A DNA stretch of 64,000 bases from Niabella sp. Lineage in GTDB: Bacteria; Bacteroidota; Bacteroidia; Chitinophagales; Chitinophagaceae. The DNA is taken from positions 32,123-96,122 of the forward strand of contig JBKEEB010000016.1 in assembly GCA_047975735.1 (NCBI GenBank), written 5' to 3'. The notes beneath the pieces were generated by a model, which saw only the letters and a list, made by a program, of their open reading frames with translations, did not search any database and had not been told where the DNA came from. This document shows, piece after piece, positions 26,946 to 37,003 of this stretch. Position 1 is the first letter of the stretch; each line of letters opens with the position of its first letter. A program made the position numbers and the translations under genes.

Positions 26946-29414
26946 CTATCTCCAACGGTCGGTAATACTATTCCAAGAAGTAATACCAATTTTAAATTGT
27001 ACCGGATTGCTGTAAGTATTAGCATATGAACTTACCACATACACGCCCAATTTTACCTTTTGTAAAAACTGAAAAGGCATTTTAAAAACTCTTTCAATAC
27101 CGGTAAACAACTCCCCATACCGCAGGTTTACTTCCGGTGCTATTAAAAAACCGGCACCGGCCACTTCCCGCAAACCTATTTTTTTAAATATGGGTATTTT
27201 GTTAAGAATGGCTCCGTTAAACTCATGAAAATAATGCCCTTCATAAAAACGTTTAAACACCGGAAAGGTAGAATCCAATGCCTGAAAAGCCTCCTGCGGA
27301 TTCATAAATAAATAAGGATCGCCTCTGCGTTGAAACTTGTAATCGACTAATTTTAATGACTTGGTATTAAAAAACGAACCGGTTTTTATAGTATAATCTG
27401 CAACACCTAATGTTCCAAAACGCAAAAATTGTTTTAGCCCTAATCCCAGATAATCAAAATTTACATCGCTACCTAAAACCTTTGGCACCCCTTTTTGCCA
27501 ATTTACAAAAGCCGTTGGCCATTTTGATTCCAAAATAATTTTTTGCCGTGGTTCTCTTATATAGGGTTGAAATGGCGTAAACTCTAATGTAGCACCGCCA
27601 TAAACCGCATTATAAGGTTCAAAATCCGGTGCCTGGTTATTATCAAATACATCCTGCAGTAAGGTATCTACAATAGCATAGGTTTTGTAATGGCTGAGGC
27701 TACGGCGCAATGCCATTCTTGCATACACTTTGAGCTTTAATCCGTTTAATAGCTCCCGGCTCCAATCGCCGCCAAAAGAATTATCTAAATAATAATTGCG
27801 CCTACTGATTTGATTAATCCATGCATCACCCACAAAAATGGCTGCAAAGTTTCGGGAAAGATCAATCTTATATGTAGCCTGCGAAAACGGATTGTATTTT
27901 CTTGTAATACCTATATACCCGTTAACATCATGGTTTAAAAAACCGTAGTTAATATCTGTTCTTAACTGAAACGTTTTTTTATTGACAGGGTTATTCTTCT
28001 CCATTCTAAAAGGAAGGCCAACCCTTAACCCTCCAAAACTAAATATATACGGAACAACAGTTGTTGCAATAGAAGGGAAAACATACTTTACCCCTTTTTC
28101 ATGATGTTGTAAGGGTTGCTCTTTGTACAAAATATTTTTCCAGTTTACCCTATTGGCTTTTGCATCAATAGAATCAAGGTATGCTTTACTATGCGTGTAA
28201 TAATAAATACTATCCCTGTACCTTATGGTTTGCAACTCCCGATTGCTTAGCGGCTCTGCTCTTACCGTATTCCAAAATACAGAATCACGGTTATAGGAAC
28301 TATCTGTAGCCGCACTCAGCTCTGTTCCAAAATATCTTTTAGGAAAGGTTTTGTTCAATTCAAAATCTGAATAAGTAGCCGTTGTAACACCGGTGGATCG
28401 GTCTCTTTTAGTTTTAGAATAATAAGTAAATTGCTCGCGGGTTACCATCCAGGCAGTATTGTTAACAAATTCATGTTTTTGCTCTACCTCAAAAAAATCG
28501 TACCGGGGTAAATGATATTTGGGCAAGGTAAACCTGTTACTTAAAACCACCCAGGCACTATCATCAATCACCAATTCGCCTGTTACAGTTGCATTACTAA
28601 CAGCCGTAGGCTTGTAGGAAATGGTATGTATCTGATGATTTCCTTTTTTAATAATTTGTACGGTTTTATATTTATAGGCCAACAAACCGCTATAACTTAC
28701 AGGCGATACAAATGGGATGGCCGATACTGAAGGTACTTTTAAAAGGTTCTCATAAATATTAAACCTGCCATCCGTAACCGTTAAATAAAACATACTCCAG
28801 GTAGTTCCTTTTCTTGAAACGCCGGTTCTTTCCTCTTTAACTTTTGTTGGTGGCTCAAAATCTAACCGGCTATACACCTCGGCCACAGACATATTTTGAG
28901 GATTGAATGTTTTTGCGATAGAATCCAATTGAACCTGTGTTAGTTTCTTTTTTGTAGTAAACGAATCTAACCGAACCGACTTAATATAAGCATTGCAGCT
29001 GTACGCCCCGGCAGCCGACTTAATGGCATCTTTATTTTTAATAACCATTTTTATATACTCCTCTGCCCTATCCTTTCCAATTGCTTTTACGGTTACCCCA
29101 GAAAGACTGTTATCGGCTTCCTGTAAAATAAAGTTTTGCACGGTATTGCTTTCAACAAAAACCTTATGAATGGCAGCTTTATACCCTATCATGGAAATGG
29201 TTATTTCATAAATCCCTTTTTTTAGCGCAAGTTTATAGTCGCCGCTCTCATTGGTTAATACCCCCAAATGGCTGTCCCTTACTCGTACGCTCACAAAAGG
29301 CAGCGGCTCCAATTTTTCGTTAGTAATCTTTCCGGAAAGAACAAATTGTGCTGTAATATTGTTAGTTACATATAAATAAAGAAAAAACAATATTCCTACA
29401 ACCTTCATATACAT
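26946..29414 (-). CDS. large outer-membrane protein with an N-terminal carboxypeptidase-regulatory-like domain (resembles the DUF5686 family)
   Basis: 822 aa with a signal peptide. 'LSGKITNEKLEPLPFVSVRVRDSHLGVLTNESGDYKL' is a CarboxypepD_reg-like motif. The remainder is rich in beta-strand-type alternating patterns. Confidence 0.7.
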   Translation of the reverse strand: MYMKVVGILFFLYLYVTNNITAQFVLSGKITNEKLEPLPFVSVRVRDSHLGVLTNESGDYKLALKKGIYEITISMIGYKAAIHKVFVESNTVQNFILQEADNSLSGVTVKAIGKDRAEEYIKMVIKNKDAIKSAAGAYSCNAYIKSVRLDSFTTKKKLTQVQLDSIAKTFNPQNMSVAEVYSRLDFEPPTKVKEERTGVSRKGTTWSMFYLTVTDGRFNIYENLLKVPSVSAIPFVSPVSYSGLLAYKYKTVQIIKKGNHQIHTISYKPTAVSNATVTGELVIDDSAWVVLSNRFTLPKYHLPRYDFFEVEQKHEFVNNTAWMVTREQFTYYSKTKRDRSTGVTTATYSDFELNKTFPKRYFGTELSAATDSSYNRDSVFWNTVRAEPLSNRELQTIRYRDSIYYYTHSKAYLDSIDAKANRVNWKNILYKEQPLQHHEKGVKYVFPSIATTVVPYIFSFGGLRVGLPFRMEKNNPVNKKTFQLRTDINYGFLNHDVNGYIGITRKYNPFSQATYKIDLSRNFAAIFVGDAWINQISRRNYYLDNSFGGDWSRELLNGLKLKVYARMALRRSLSHYKTYAIVDTLLQDVFDNNQAPDFEPYNAVYGGATLEFTPFQPYIREPRQKIILESKWPTAFVNWQKGVPKVLGSDVNFDYLGLGLKQFLRFGTLGVADYTIKTGSFFNTKSLKLVDYKFQRRGDPYLFMNPQEAFQALDSTFPVFKRFYEGHYFHEFNGAILNKIPIFKKIGLREVAGAGFLIAPEVNLRYGELFTGIERVFKMPFQFLQKVKLGVYVVSSYANTYSNPVQFKIGITSWNSITDRWR

Positions 29415-29542
29415 GGTATTAAAAACAAAGAAAGGGATTTGTAAAGTGTAGCAGCATCTTACACAAATGGTTTAACAATATGTAAACAGAAAGAATCCAC
29501 ATCTGTTAATAAAATAGATTTCATTTTAACTTTAATAAAAAA

Positions 29543-29550
29543 TATATTTG
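29543..29550 (+). promoter_or_regulatory. candidate -7 box (TAtaTTTG) upstream of phoH
   Basis: Exact TAnnTTTG match ~105 nt upstream of the phoH start, in a divergent intergenic region. Confidence 0.3.
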
Positions 29551-29654
29551 GGAAAGAAGGGCTGGCATTTGTATTTATAATAAACAGATGATGGGCAATA
29601 TTCCGGTGGAGCCCTTTGCCGGGTTTCAAAAAAACATTTTAATATCGCATTCAC

Positions 29655-30638
29655 TTGACAGAAACAATTATTAACCTTGAAACAGTAAACCCTATTGAAT
29701 TCTTTGGAGTAAACAACGGTAAACTCGCTATTCTAAAGAAAAAATTTCCGCTGCTTAAAATACTATCAAGGGGTAAACAAATTAAGCTAAGCGGTTCTCC
29801 CGAACAAATACAAGCTGCTAAAGAAAAGATCGACCTTGTCATTTCCTATATTGAAAGAAATGGCCACATGAGCGAAAATTATTTTGACCAGATTATTGGG
29901 GGTGATGATGCCGAATTGATTGACAATTTTATTGAACGCCACCCCAATGAAGTATTGGTATATGGCCCTAATGGAAAATCCGTACGTGCCAGAACTGCCA
30001 ATCAAAAAAAATTAGTGGCAGAAGCTGAAAAAAATGATATTGTTTTTGCAATTGGTCCTGCCGGTACCGGTAAAACATACACAGCCGTTGCGCTGGCGGT
30101 AAGGGCTTTAAAAAACAAGCAGGTTAAAAAAATTATTCTAACACGTCCGGCAGTTGAGGCGGGCGAAAGCTTAGGATTTTTACCCGGTGATTTAAAAGAA
30201 AAGATTGACCCTTACCTAAGGCCGTTATACGATGCGCTGGATGATATGATCCCTGCTGATAAATTAGGTTATTACATGAGTACCCGTACCATTGAAATTG
30301 CACCATTGGCGTATATGCGTGGCCGTACATTAGATAATGCTTTTATTATTTTAGACGAGGCGCAAAACGCTACCGACCTACAGTTAAAAATGTTTTTAAC
30401 CCGTATTGGAGCCAGTGCCAAGGCTATTATAACGGGAGATATGACACAGGTGGACTTGCCTCGCAATCAAAAAAGCGGATTACAAACTGCCGTACGCATT
30501 TTACAAAACATTCAGGGTATTGGCCATATTGAATTAGATGAAGAAGATGTTGTACGCCACAGATTAGTAAAAGCGATAATTAAAGCGTATCACAAAGAAC
30601 ATGAAAAAACGGCCGAAAAAACCAATCAATATCAGTAA
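29655..30638 (+). CDS. phoH: PhoH family ATPase
   Basis: Walker A 'GPAGTGKTY' and 'ILDEAQN'; typical PhoH length. A TTG start is inferred. Confidence 0.9.
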   Translation: MTETIINLETVNPIEFFGVNNGKLAILKKKFPLLKILSRGKQIKLSGSPEQIQAAKEKIDLVISYIERNGHMSENYFDQIIGGDDAELIDNFIERHPNEVLVYGPNGKSVRARTANQKKLVAEAEKNDIVFAIGPAGTGKTYTAVALAVRALKNKQVKKIILTRPAVEAGESLGFLPGDLKEKIDPYLRPLYDALDDMIPADKLGYYMSTRTIEIAPLAYMRGRTLDNAFIILDEAQNATDLQLKMFLTRIGASAKAIITGDMTQVDLPRNQKSGLQTAVRILQNIQGIGHIELDEEDVVRHRLVKAIIKAYHKEHEKTAEKTNQYQ

Positions 30639-31281
30639 CCCGGCTAAAAAAATATCGAAACTAAAAAAAGGGTGGTCCTGGGGCTACCCTTTTCTTTTAC
30701 TGCTGTTAATTTCCTGCAATCATCAACCCATACCACCCAATTATGCTATGGAGTTTAAGCAGGTGAACAGCGTAAAACCATTGGTGCAAAACGGAGATCT
30801 GATTGTAAGAAACGGCACTGATGAAATTAGTATAGCTACCCGAAAATTCAACCGAAGAGACACCACGTATTCCCATTGTGGTCTTATTCAAATTGAAAAC
30901 GACACGGTATTTGTTTATCACGCCTTGGGAGGCCGGTATAACCCTTCTCAACACTTGATGAGGCAACCAATAGACAGTTTTTGCAACCCCGCAGAGATAA
31001 ACAAATTTGCGGTATTCCGCTACGTACTTTCTGCCACAGAAAATAACATACTTACAGGCGTAATACAAAAACATTTTATGAACAAACTACCCTTTGATAT
31101 GTATTTTAATACGCAAACAAACGATAAAATGTACTGTAGTGAATTTGTATATAAATCCTTGGCAACAGCTACCGGCAATAATCTTATGAGCACTCAACAT
31201 AATAAATTACCATTGTATATTACGATTGATGACTTGTACGCTATACCACAAATTAGGGTTATAAAAAAGATTAATTTTTAA
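30601..31281 (+). CDS. YiiX/permuted-papain-like (NlpC/P60 superfamily) lipoprotein
   Basis: Lipobox 'LLISCN'. 'YSHCGLI...VYHALG' and '[10 protein letters not shown]' match the permuted His/Cys arrangement. The ORF overlaps the phoH 3' end by 38 nt, so the true start may be later. Confidence 0.6.
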   Translation: MKKRPKKPINISNPAKKISKLKKGWSWGYPFLLLLLISCNHQPIPPNYAMEFKQVNSVKPLVQNGDLIVRNGTDEISIATRKFNRRDTTYSHCGLIQIENDTVFVYHALGGRYNPSQHLMRQPIDSFCNPAEINKFAVFRYVLSATENNILTGVIQKHFMNKLPFDMYFNTQTNDKMYCSEFVYKSLATATGNNLMSTQHNKLPLYITIDDLYAIPQIRVIKKINF

Positions 31282-31328
31282 CCGCACGATAGTTTACAAT
31301 ACCTATTTTTGTTTAAAACATATTAAAA

Positions 31329-31931
31329 ATGAAAAAAACACTATTTATCCTTACTCTTTTTACCGTAGCTGCCTCCATTTTTACCAGTTGTTCCTCGGGT
31401 TCTGGAGACCCTAAAACTGTACTAAAGGCTTTTTTTGAAAAATTAGCCAAAAAAGATATTGACGGAGCTGCAAAATTAGCCACAGCCGACAGCAAAACCA
31501 CTTTGGATATGGTAAAAAAGGGTATGGACATGGCTGAAAACATGAAAAATACACTACCCGACTCCGCAAAAAATGACCCTGCTAAAGACTTTGAGGATGT
31601 GGAAATTGGCGAAGCCGTAATTGATGGTAATACCGCTACGGTAAAAATCAGCAGCAAATCTAAAAAAGACAAACCCGCTGTAGATTTTACTTTAAGAAAA
31701 GAAGATGGCAAGTGGAAAGTAGATTTTAGCATGGCCACATTAATGCAAATGGGTCAACAACAAATTAATAAAGACAATACAATGCAGGTACCTGATACTG
31801 ATTCTTTACAATTTGATAAGGAAACATTTAAAAAAGCCGGTGAAGCTATAGATAGTGTGATGCAAAATATAGACCCAAAACAATTAGAAGAACTTCAAAA
31901 ACAAATTGAAAAATTGAAAACTCCCGAATAA
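31329..31931 (+). CDS. lipoprotein (DUF4878-like)
   Basis: Lipobox 'FTSCSS'. 'PKTVLKAFFEKLAKKDIDGA' is an SnoaL/DUF4878-like N-terminal motif. Confidence 0.65.
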   Translation: MKKTLFILTLFTVAASIFTSCSSGSGDPKTVLKAFFEKLAKKDIDGAAKLATADSKTTLDMVKKGMDMAENMKNTLPDSAKNDPAKDFEDVEIGEAVIDGNTATVKISSKSKKDKPAVDFTLRKEDGKWKVDFSMATLMQMGQQQINKDNTMQVPDTDSLQFDKETFKKAGEAIDSVMQNIDPKQLEELQKQIEKLKTPE

Positions 31932-31958
31932 CTCTATTAATCTTTGTATTTTGCAGGC

Positions 31959-32387
31959 ATGAAAAATATATTTTACTATTTTTTATGCCTGCTTTTTTTA
32001 GTACCGGCCTGTAGCAGCCCGGCAGATAGAGAAAAGAATGAAGCCGCTGAAAACGATATTGATGCTGCAAGAAGTTTTATACAGGCTGCCTTAAAAGGCC
32101 AGTACAGTAAAGCCAGAGATTTTATGTTAAAAGATTCTGCCAACGAGGAGCATTTAGATGCCGTATCGCGTATGCACTTATCAACAGCCGAAAAACAGGG
32201 ACTTTGGGATGCCTCCATTAACATTCACAGTCGTCAACTCATCAACGACTCTACCAGTATTATTGTTTTTTCCAATTCTTTTCATAAAGAAAATAAGGAT
32301 ACCTTAAAAATCGTAAGGGTAAATGGTAGTTGGCAGGTTGACTTCAAATACCTTTTTACCCAGGCTATGCCGGAAAATATAAATTAG
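31959..32387 (+). CDS. lipoprotein, tandem paralog-like of the preceding gene
   Basis: The start was chosen at 'MKNIFYYFLCLLFLVPACSSP'. 'ARSFIQAALKGQYSKA' has the same architecture as the upstream gene. Confidence 0.6.
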   Translation: MKNIFYYFLCLLFLVPACSSPADREKNEAAENDIDAARSFIQAALKGQYSKARDFMLKDSANEEHLDAVSRMHLSTAEKQGLWDASINIHSRQLINDSTSIIVFSNSFHKENKDTLKIVRVNGSWQVDFKYLFTQAMPENIN

Positions 32388-32397
32388 TATTTAAAGT

Positions 32398-32760
32398 ATG
32401 ATGAAGTACATTATGTGGGTGGCTTTGGGGGGAGCTTTGGGTAGCACTGCTCGCTTTCTAATCAGTAAATGGATAGCATCGCCCTTATTTCCCTGGGGTA
32501 CATTTATTGTAAATATAACGGGCTGCTTTTTAATAGGATTACTTTGGGCAATGAGCTTAAAAAACCAAATCATTCCGGATTATATCAAACTATTTTTAAT
32601 GACAGGATTATGCGGCGGCTTTACAACTTTTTCTACTTTTTCAATTGAAAGCATTAGTTTGCTTCGCGATGGGAAAATCTCCCTATTTTTGGCGTATTCT
32701 TTGGGAAGCTTATTAGTAGGGTTCCTGGCAACTTTTTTGGCAATAAAGCTTTTGAGTTAA
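32398..32760 (+). CDS. crcB: fluoride ion channel CrcB/FluC
   Basis: 120 aa and four TM helices, with 'GGALGSTARF' and 'GLCGGFTTFSTFS' motifs. Confidence 0.9.
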   Translation: MMKYIMWVALGGALGSTARFLISKWIASPLFPWGTFIVNITGCFLIGLLWAMSLKNQIIPDYIKLFLMTGLCGGFTTFSTFSIESISLLRDGKISLFLAYSLGSLLVGFLATFLAIKLLS

Positions 32761-32775
32761 TTATAAAATAAAATT

Positions 32776-33318
32776 ATGGCAACTGTTAATCATCCCTGGC
32801 ACGGCGTAAGTTACGGCCCTAACGCTCCGGAAGTAGTGAATACAATTATTGAAATTCCGGAAGGCTCGCGGGCAAAATATGAAATTGACAAACAAACCGG
32901 CTTATTAAAACTCGACAGGGTAATATACTCCTCGTTTCACTATCCGGTAAATTATGGTTTTATTCCTCAAACATTAGGGCACGATCATGACCCCTTAGAT
33001 ATTTTGGTTATCTGCTCGCAAACCATTCGCTCTTTTTGCTTAGTAAGGGCAAAAGTTATTGGCAATATGCAGATGATTGACAGTGGTGAATATGACGATA
33101 AAATAATTGCAGTGGCACAAGATGACCCATCTGTAAATCACTACGAAAATATTGACGACCTGCCCCAACACTATTTGTTGGAAATGCGCAATTTCTTTGA
33201 ACAATACAAAGTGTTAGAAAGCAAAAAAGTAGAAATAGACACATTTCAGGACAGAGAAACGGCTCACAATATTGTATTAGAAGCTATAGATATCTATAAA
33301 GAAAACTTTAAGAAATAG
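32776..33318 (+). CDS. ppa: inorganic pyrophosphatase (family I)
   Basis: 'IEIPEGSRAKYEIDK' and 'YPVNYGFIPQTLGHDHDPLDILV' motifs. Confidence 0.95.
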   Translation: MATVNHPWHGVSYGPNAPEVVNTIIEIPEGSRAKYEIDKQTGLLKLDRVIYSSFHYPVNYGFIPQTLGHDHDPLDILVICSQTIRSFCLVRAKVIGNMQMIDSGEYDDKIIAVAQDDPSVNHYENIDDLPQHYLLEMRNFFEQYKVLESKKVEIDTFQDRETAHNIVLEAIDIYKENFKK

Positions 33319-33349
33319 TATGAAAATATTTTCATAATTTTAAGCTACA

Positions 33350-33967
33350 ATGACTTTTCAAAAGTTCATATTCCTTTTGCTAACATCCTTTTTTTTCCTG
33401 CATGTAGCTGCACAAAAACAATTAGCGGATGAACTGAAATATTATTACAGGGTAAGCCCTTTTAATGCCAGCTTTTCTTCTTTTACCAGGGCTCTTAATA
33501 ACGACCCCGAGTTATTAAATAGGAAAGAAACTAAAAAAACTGATACTACCGGCTATTTTTTAAGAGGCGATTACAAAATATTTAATCCGTTTAGTATTAA
33601 CGCCAATAAAGTAGAGGTTGTTTTTGCCGAACATTCTACAGGTGATACAGGATCGGGAAAAACAATTTATACTTATCAAACTTTGGCCTATTTTGATGAT
33701 ACGGAAGCTAATAGAAAAACAGTTCTAAAAAACTATAATAAAATTAAAAAAAGGTTAAAACGCTATATACCAAAGGAGAACATTCTTAGCCTTAAAAATG
33801 TAAACAATATAGAAGACGGAGAGATTATTAATTTTTATTTCAATTATTCCAATTATTACCCTGTTACAATCAGTTGGCAAACTCTTACAAAATCCAAACA
33901 AATAGCACTCACTATTATTACTAAATTATCGGTTGTAAAAAACTATGTTTACGTGAGTGGGTATTAA
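33350..33967 (+). CDS. secreted hypothetical protein
   Basis: 205 aa with an N-terminal signal peptide. No family recognised. Confidence 0.55.
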   Translation: MTFQKFIFLLLTSFFFLHVAAQKQLADELKYYYRVSPFNASFSSFTRALNNDPELLNRKETKKTDTTGYFLRGDYKIFNPFSINANKVEVVFAEHSTGDTGSGKTIYTYQTLAYFDDTEANRKTVLKNYNKIKKRLKRYIPKENILSLKNVNNIEDGEIINFYFNYSNYYPVTISWQTLTKSKQIALTIITKLSVVKNYVYVSGY

Positions 33968-33980
33968 TCCACACAAAATA

Positions 33981-34007
33981 AAACCCCGATACGAAATATC
34001 GGGGTTT
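33981..34007. terminator. bidirectional terminator hairpin between convergent genes
   Basis: aaaccccgata-cgaaa-tatcggggttt, a perfect 11-bp stem with A/T flanks. Confidence 0.75.
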
Positions 34008-34024
34008 CTATATAATATTATTGC

Positions 34025-35554
34025 TTAGATTTTAAATCCTAAAGTGAGTAGTATTCTTGAGTTACTACTTTTGATTGTTGCCGGATTAAACGCTGCAGAC
34101 TCCAATCGATAAGGGAAGGACACATCTTTGCCAAAACTGTGCACATAGCCAAGGTCTATAAAAAAGCCTCTGTTTCTGTAACCAACACCTGTAGAAGCCT
34201 GAACAACCTGACCGGTTTCACCAGCCACATCACGATATGGGTTGCCATAATAAGCTCCACCCAATCTTGCCATAAAGGTATTAAATTTCAACTCGGCTCC
34301 TAAGCGGGCATTTAAAGCCCCTTTGTATGCATCATCAATAGCTCCGTTTAACTGACGGAAATATGCCCTGTTATCACTATTAGCATCCGATGCATTTCTA
34401 AAGTGCGATGCCATATAATTTACATACTCTACATCCCCAGAGATAAACCCTTTTTGAGAAGCAACATTATTTACATTGCCAAAGAAATAAGAGAAACTTC
34501 CGGTTAGTTTATAAGGAGTATTTAAAGAATAGTCGTACACTAATTCATTTGTAGATGCATCGTAGGCATTACCGCCATCATCAGTAACATAATTTTCCAA
34601 ACTGGTTCCGGCAGCTGCCGTATAATTATCTGTTAAAGAATAAAAAGTAGGAGAATGTGCTGCAAAGCCAAGTCTGAAATTTTCAGTAGCTTTTACAACT
34701 ACCCCTGCTTTAATATTAATACCCATACCTCTCGTAATCAAATCATCATCAAAATAAGCTACATCAAACTGATTAGTAGCATTATCTGTAGGATCTTGCT
34801 CAGTATATTTTCTTGTAGCCCGATATTGCAAAATCGGCATACCAATTGTTCCACCTATATACACTTTTTCGTTTAAGTTCATAGCACCTGCTAAGGCAAT
34901 TTCACTAATACCTCCACTGGTTATTAACTCCTGTTTTACTTCAAGCCCCGAGGCTTCGGCTAATGCCTTAGCTGAAGAGTAAAAAGAACCATTCGACAAT
35001 GTATCAATCCAATAAGTATCATAAGCCACCCCAGAGCCGTATGGGTTTAAATTATTAAGGCCGCTCTTATTGGCATCTTCTATAAACATATTGGCCATAG
35101 AAGTACGCACTAAAGATCCGCCATTAGCCTGCGTGGTTTTATACATTATGTTATTATTGAAATCGGCCGTTCTGTTTACAGCAATTCCAAAAGCCGAACT
35201 TTTTACCGCACTATTTCCGTAATTCACTTTTCCAAGAACAAAGCCTGTGGTACCTAAAAAACCACTGGAAGCGTTGGATTTATTTGTTTCCCCGTAATAG
35301 GTGTTACTGTTGTTCATTAAGTTAATACCGCCCGAAATAACAAAATCACCGGTTTTATAAAACCCGATATTGGCTGGATTTGAAAAAATAGTGGACACCT
35401 CGCCTCCTATGGCTCCATTGGCATTTCCCAAAGCCTGGGACCTTGCCGTTCCGGAAGATTGCAGCCAAGAATATCGCAAGGCATCTTCGGGTGTTTGGGC
35501 AATAACAGCCTCATAGGATAACAACACAATGGATGCTAATAAAATTTTTTTCAT
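34025..35554 (-). CDS. outer-membrane beta-barrel protein (FadL/OmpP1-like or uncharacterised porin)
   Basis: 509 aa with a signal peptide. The N-terminal 'GTARSQALGNANGAIGGEVSTIFSNPANIG' resembles FadL/TodX-family starts, and the sequence has alternating-pattern beta strands. Confidence 0.6.
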   Translation of the reverse strand: MKKILLASIVLLSYEAVIAQTPEDALRYSWLQSSGTARSQALGNANGAIGGEVSTIFSNPANIGFYKTGDFVISGGINLMNNSNTYYGETNKSNASSGFLGTTGFVLGKVNYGNSAVKSSAFGIAVNRTADFNNNIMYKTTQANGGSLVRTSMANMFIEDANKSGLNNLNPYGSGVAYDTYWIDTLSNGSFYSSAKALAEASGLEVKQELITSGGISEIALAGAMNLNEKVYIGGTIGMPILQYRATRKYTEQDPTDNATNQFDVAYFDDDLITRGMGINIKAGVVVKATENFRLGFAAHSPTFYSLTDNYTAAAGTSLENYVTDDGGNAYDASTNELVYDYSLNTPYKLTGSFSYFFGNVNNVASQKGFISGDVEYVNYMASHFRNASDANSDNRAYFRQLNGAIDDAYKGALNARLGAELKFNTFMARLGGAYYGNPYRDVAGETGQVVQASTGVGYRNRGFFIDLGYVHSFGKDVSFPYRLESAAFNPATIKSSNSRILLTLGFKI

Positions 35555-35799
35555 TGTTTATCTTTTATTTATGCTTGTCAGATATGATATAATTCGCCTT
35601 AAATAATCACCATTATTAGTAAGTATGGTGATTAGGCTTGTTTCATCATCTGTTTATTTTTTATGATTTTATTTGTCAGATGGAATTCGCATAAAAATTA
35701 TCATCGCTTTGCCCGCCCGGATGAATCGTTCGGACGAGGGTATAATTTAGCTCGCTAATTTTTATGCTCATTTCATATAAGTACCCAAATTAAAATAAC

Positions 35800-36777
35800 T
35801 TAAAATCTCCTGCCACCGGCACTACCACCACTACTTCTGCCGCCACTACTTCCTCCGGAATTACCAAATGAACCACTACTGGAAGAGGATGACCCGCTGG
35901 AGGACGGATAAGTACTTCTGCTTGGTGTAGAATAGTTTCCGGAATTACTGTTTGAGTAAGTATTAGTAGAACCAAACCTCCTTGATGATGCTCTGGAACT
36001 GGAATTAGAATTTCCTGAGTTAGTGCTAACACTGGAGTTAGAACGTACACCATATGTGCTGCGGTATCCGGTATTATTATTGTAACCGGAGGATGAGCCT
36101 CTTGTAATATTACCGGAATTATAGGTTCTTAAATTGGTAGTTCGCGGACCATAGGATACATTTCTATTACTCCAACCTACACCCGGCCCATACCCATACC
36201 AGTAAGAATTACCATACCAACCTGTGTACCATGGATCGTACCATCCTCCCCAACCCCAGCCACTATACATACCAGCACCCCAACCACCATACCAGGGGCT
36301 ATACCATCCGCCACCCCAGCCCCAACTGCCGTACATGCCAAAGCCGCCATAAAGACCACCGTACATACCGCCCCAGCCACCATACCAATAGGGGTTATAA
36401 TACATATTCCAATAACTTACGGGAGACCAAGGGCTGTTCCAATAAAACGGATCGTTCCAATAATACCAGTTGTTGTAATAGCTAAAGTTATAGCGTCCAC
36501 CCCAGTAATACCAGTCGTCCAAATCGCTCCAACGATCTCTGTTACGCACTTTCATGCGTAAATAACGGTCATCATAATCTTCATAATCGCTATACTCATC
36601 TTCATCGTAATATCTGTAACGGCGTTCATCCGTTTTTTTAGCCTTTACGTAATCGCCTTCCGACGGAGCCGGAGAGTTGTACACATCGTCTGGTGTTTGG
36701 CCCGTTTTATAAGCAGTAGTACAGCTACCCAGTGCAATTATAAAACCAACCAGTAATAGCAAATATTTAGTTTTCAT
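35800..36777 (-). CDS. lipoprotein with an extreme Trp/Tyr/Gly-rich low-complexity core and a Ser/Asn/Gly-rich tail
   Basis: The start was chosen at 'MKTKYLLLLVGFIIALGSCTT' (lipobox). It is followed by an acidic Tyr/Asp/Glu segment, ~115 aa made almost only of W/Y/G/N/S/P/M, and then a ~110-aa S/N/G/T/R tail ending 'GGRRF'. Confidence 0.65.
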   Translation of the reverse strand: MKTKYLLLLVGFIIALGSCTTAYKTGQTPDDVYNSPAPSEGDYVKAKKTDERRYRYYDEDEYSDYEDYDDRYLRMKVRNRDRWSDLDDWYYWGGRYNFSYYNNWYYWNDPFYWNSPWSPVSYWNMYYNPYWYGGWGGMYGGLYGGFGMYGSWGWGGGWYSPWYGGWGAGMYSGWGWGGWYDPWYTGWYGNSYWYGYGPGVGWSNRNVSYGPRTTNLRTYNSGNITRGSSSGYNNNTGYRSTYGVRSNSSVSTNSGNSNSSSRASSRRFGSTNTYSNSNSGNYSTPSRSTYPSSSGSSSSSSGSFGNSGGSSGGRSSGGSAGGRRF

Positions 36778-37003
36778 CTTGGTCGTAAATTTATAGTATT
36801 GAATAATTGTTTTTAAAATTAATAAAGGTATCCTTACAATTGTTACCTCTAATAAATTACTTTTGCGCTTTTTATAGCATAAAGTTACACAAAGTAAGAC
36901 GTTTTTCATACATAAAGGATGCATAATATGTTGTTAATTTAACAACCAACACGACATCTTTATTTTCGCAAAGTAAATAATTGATAATCAGGAAAGCAAA
37001 TAT

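Noticed and set aside
32388-32397. A fluoride riboswitch in front of crcB.
   Set aside because: Only 10 nt separate crcB from the preceding gene. I did not see the conserved crcB-motif sequence further upstream in the 31.28-31.33 kb spacer either.
35790-36485. Three ORFs (35790-36053 minus strand, 36177-36383 minus strand, 36231-36485 plus strand) with proline-, histidine- or valine-rich low-complexity translations.
   Set aside because: They are alternative-frame or antisense readings of the highly repetitive Trp/Tyr/Gly- and Ser/Gly-coding DNA of the 35800-36777 gene. Repetitive codon composition keeps several frames open by chance.
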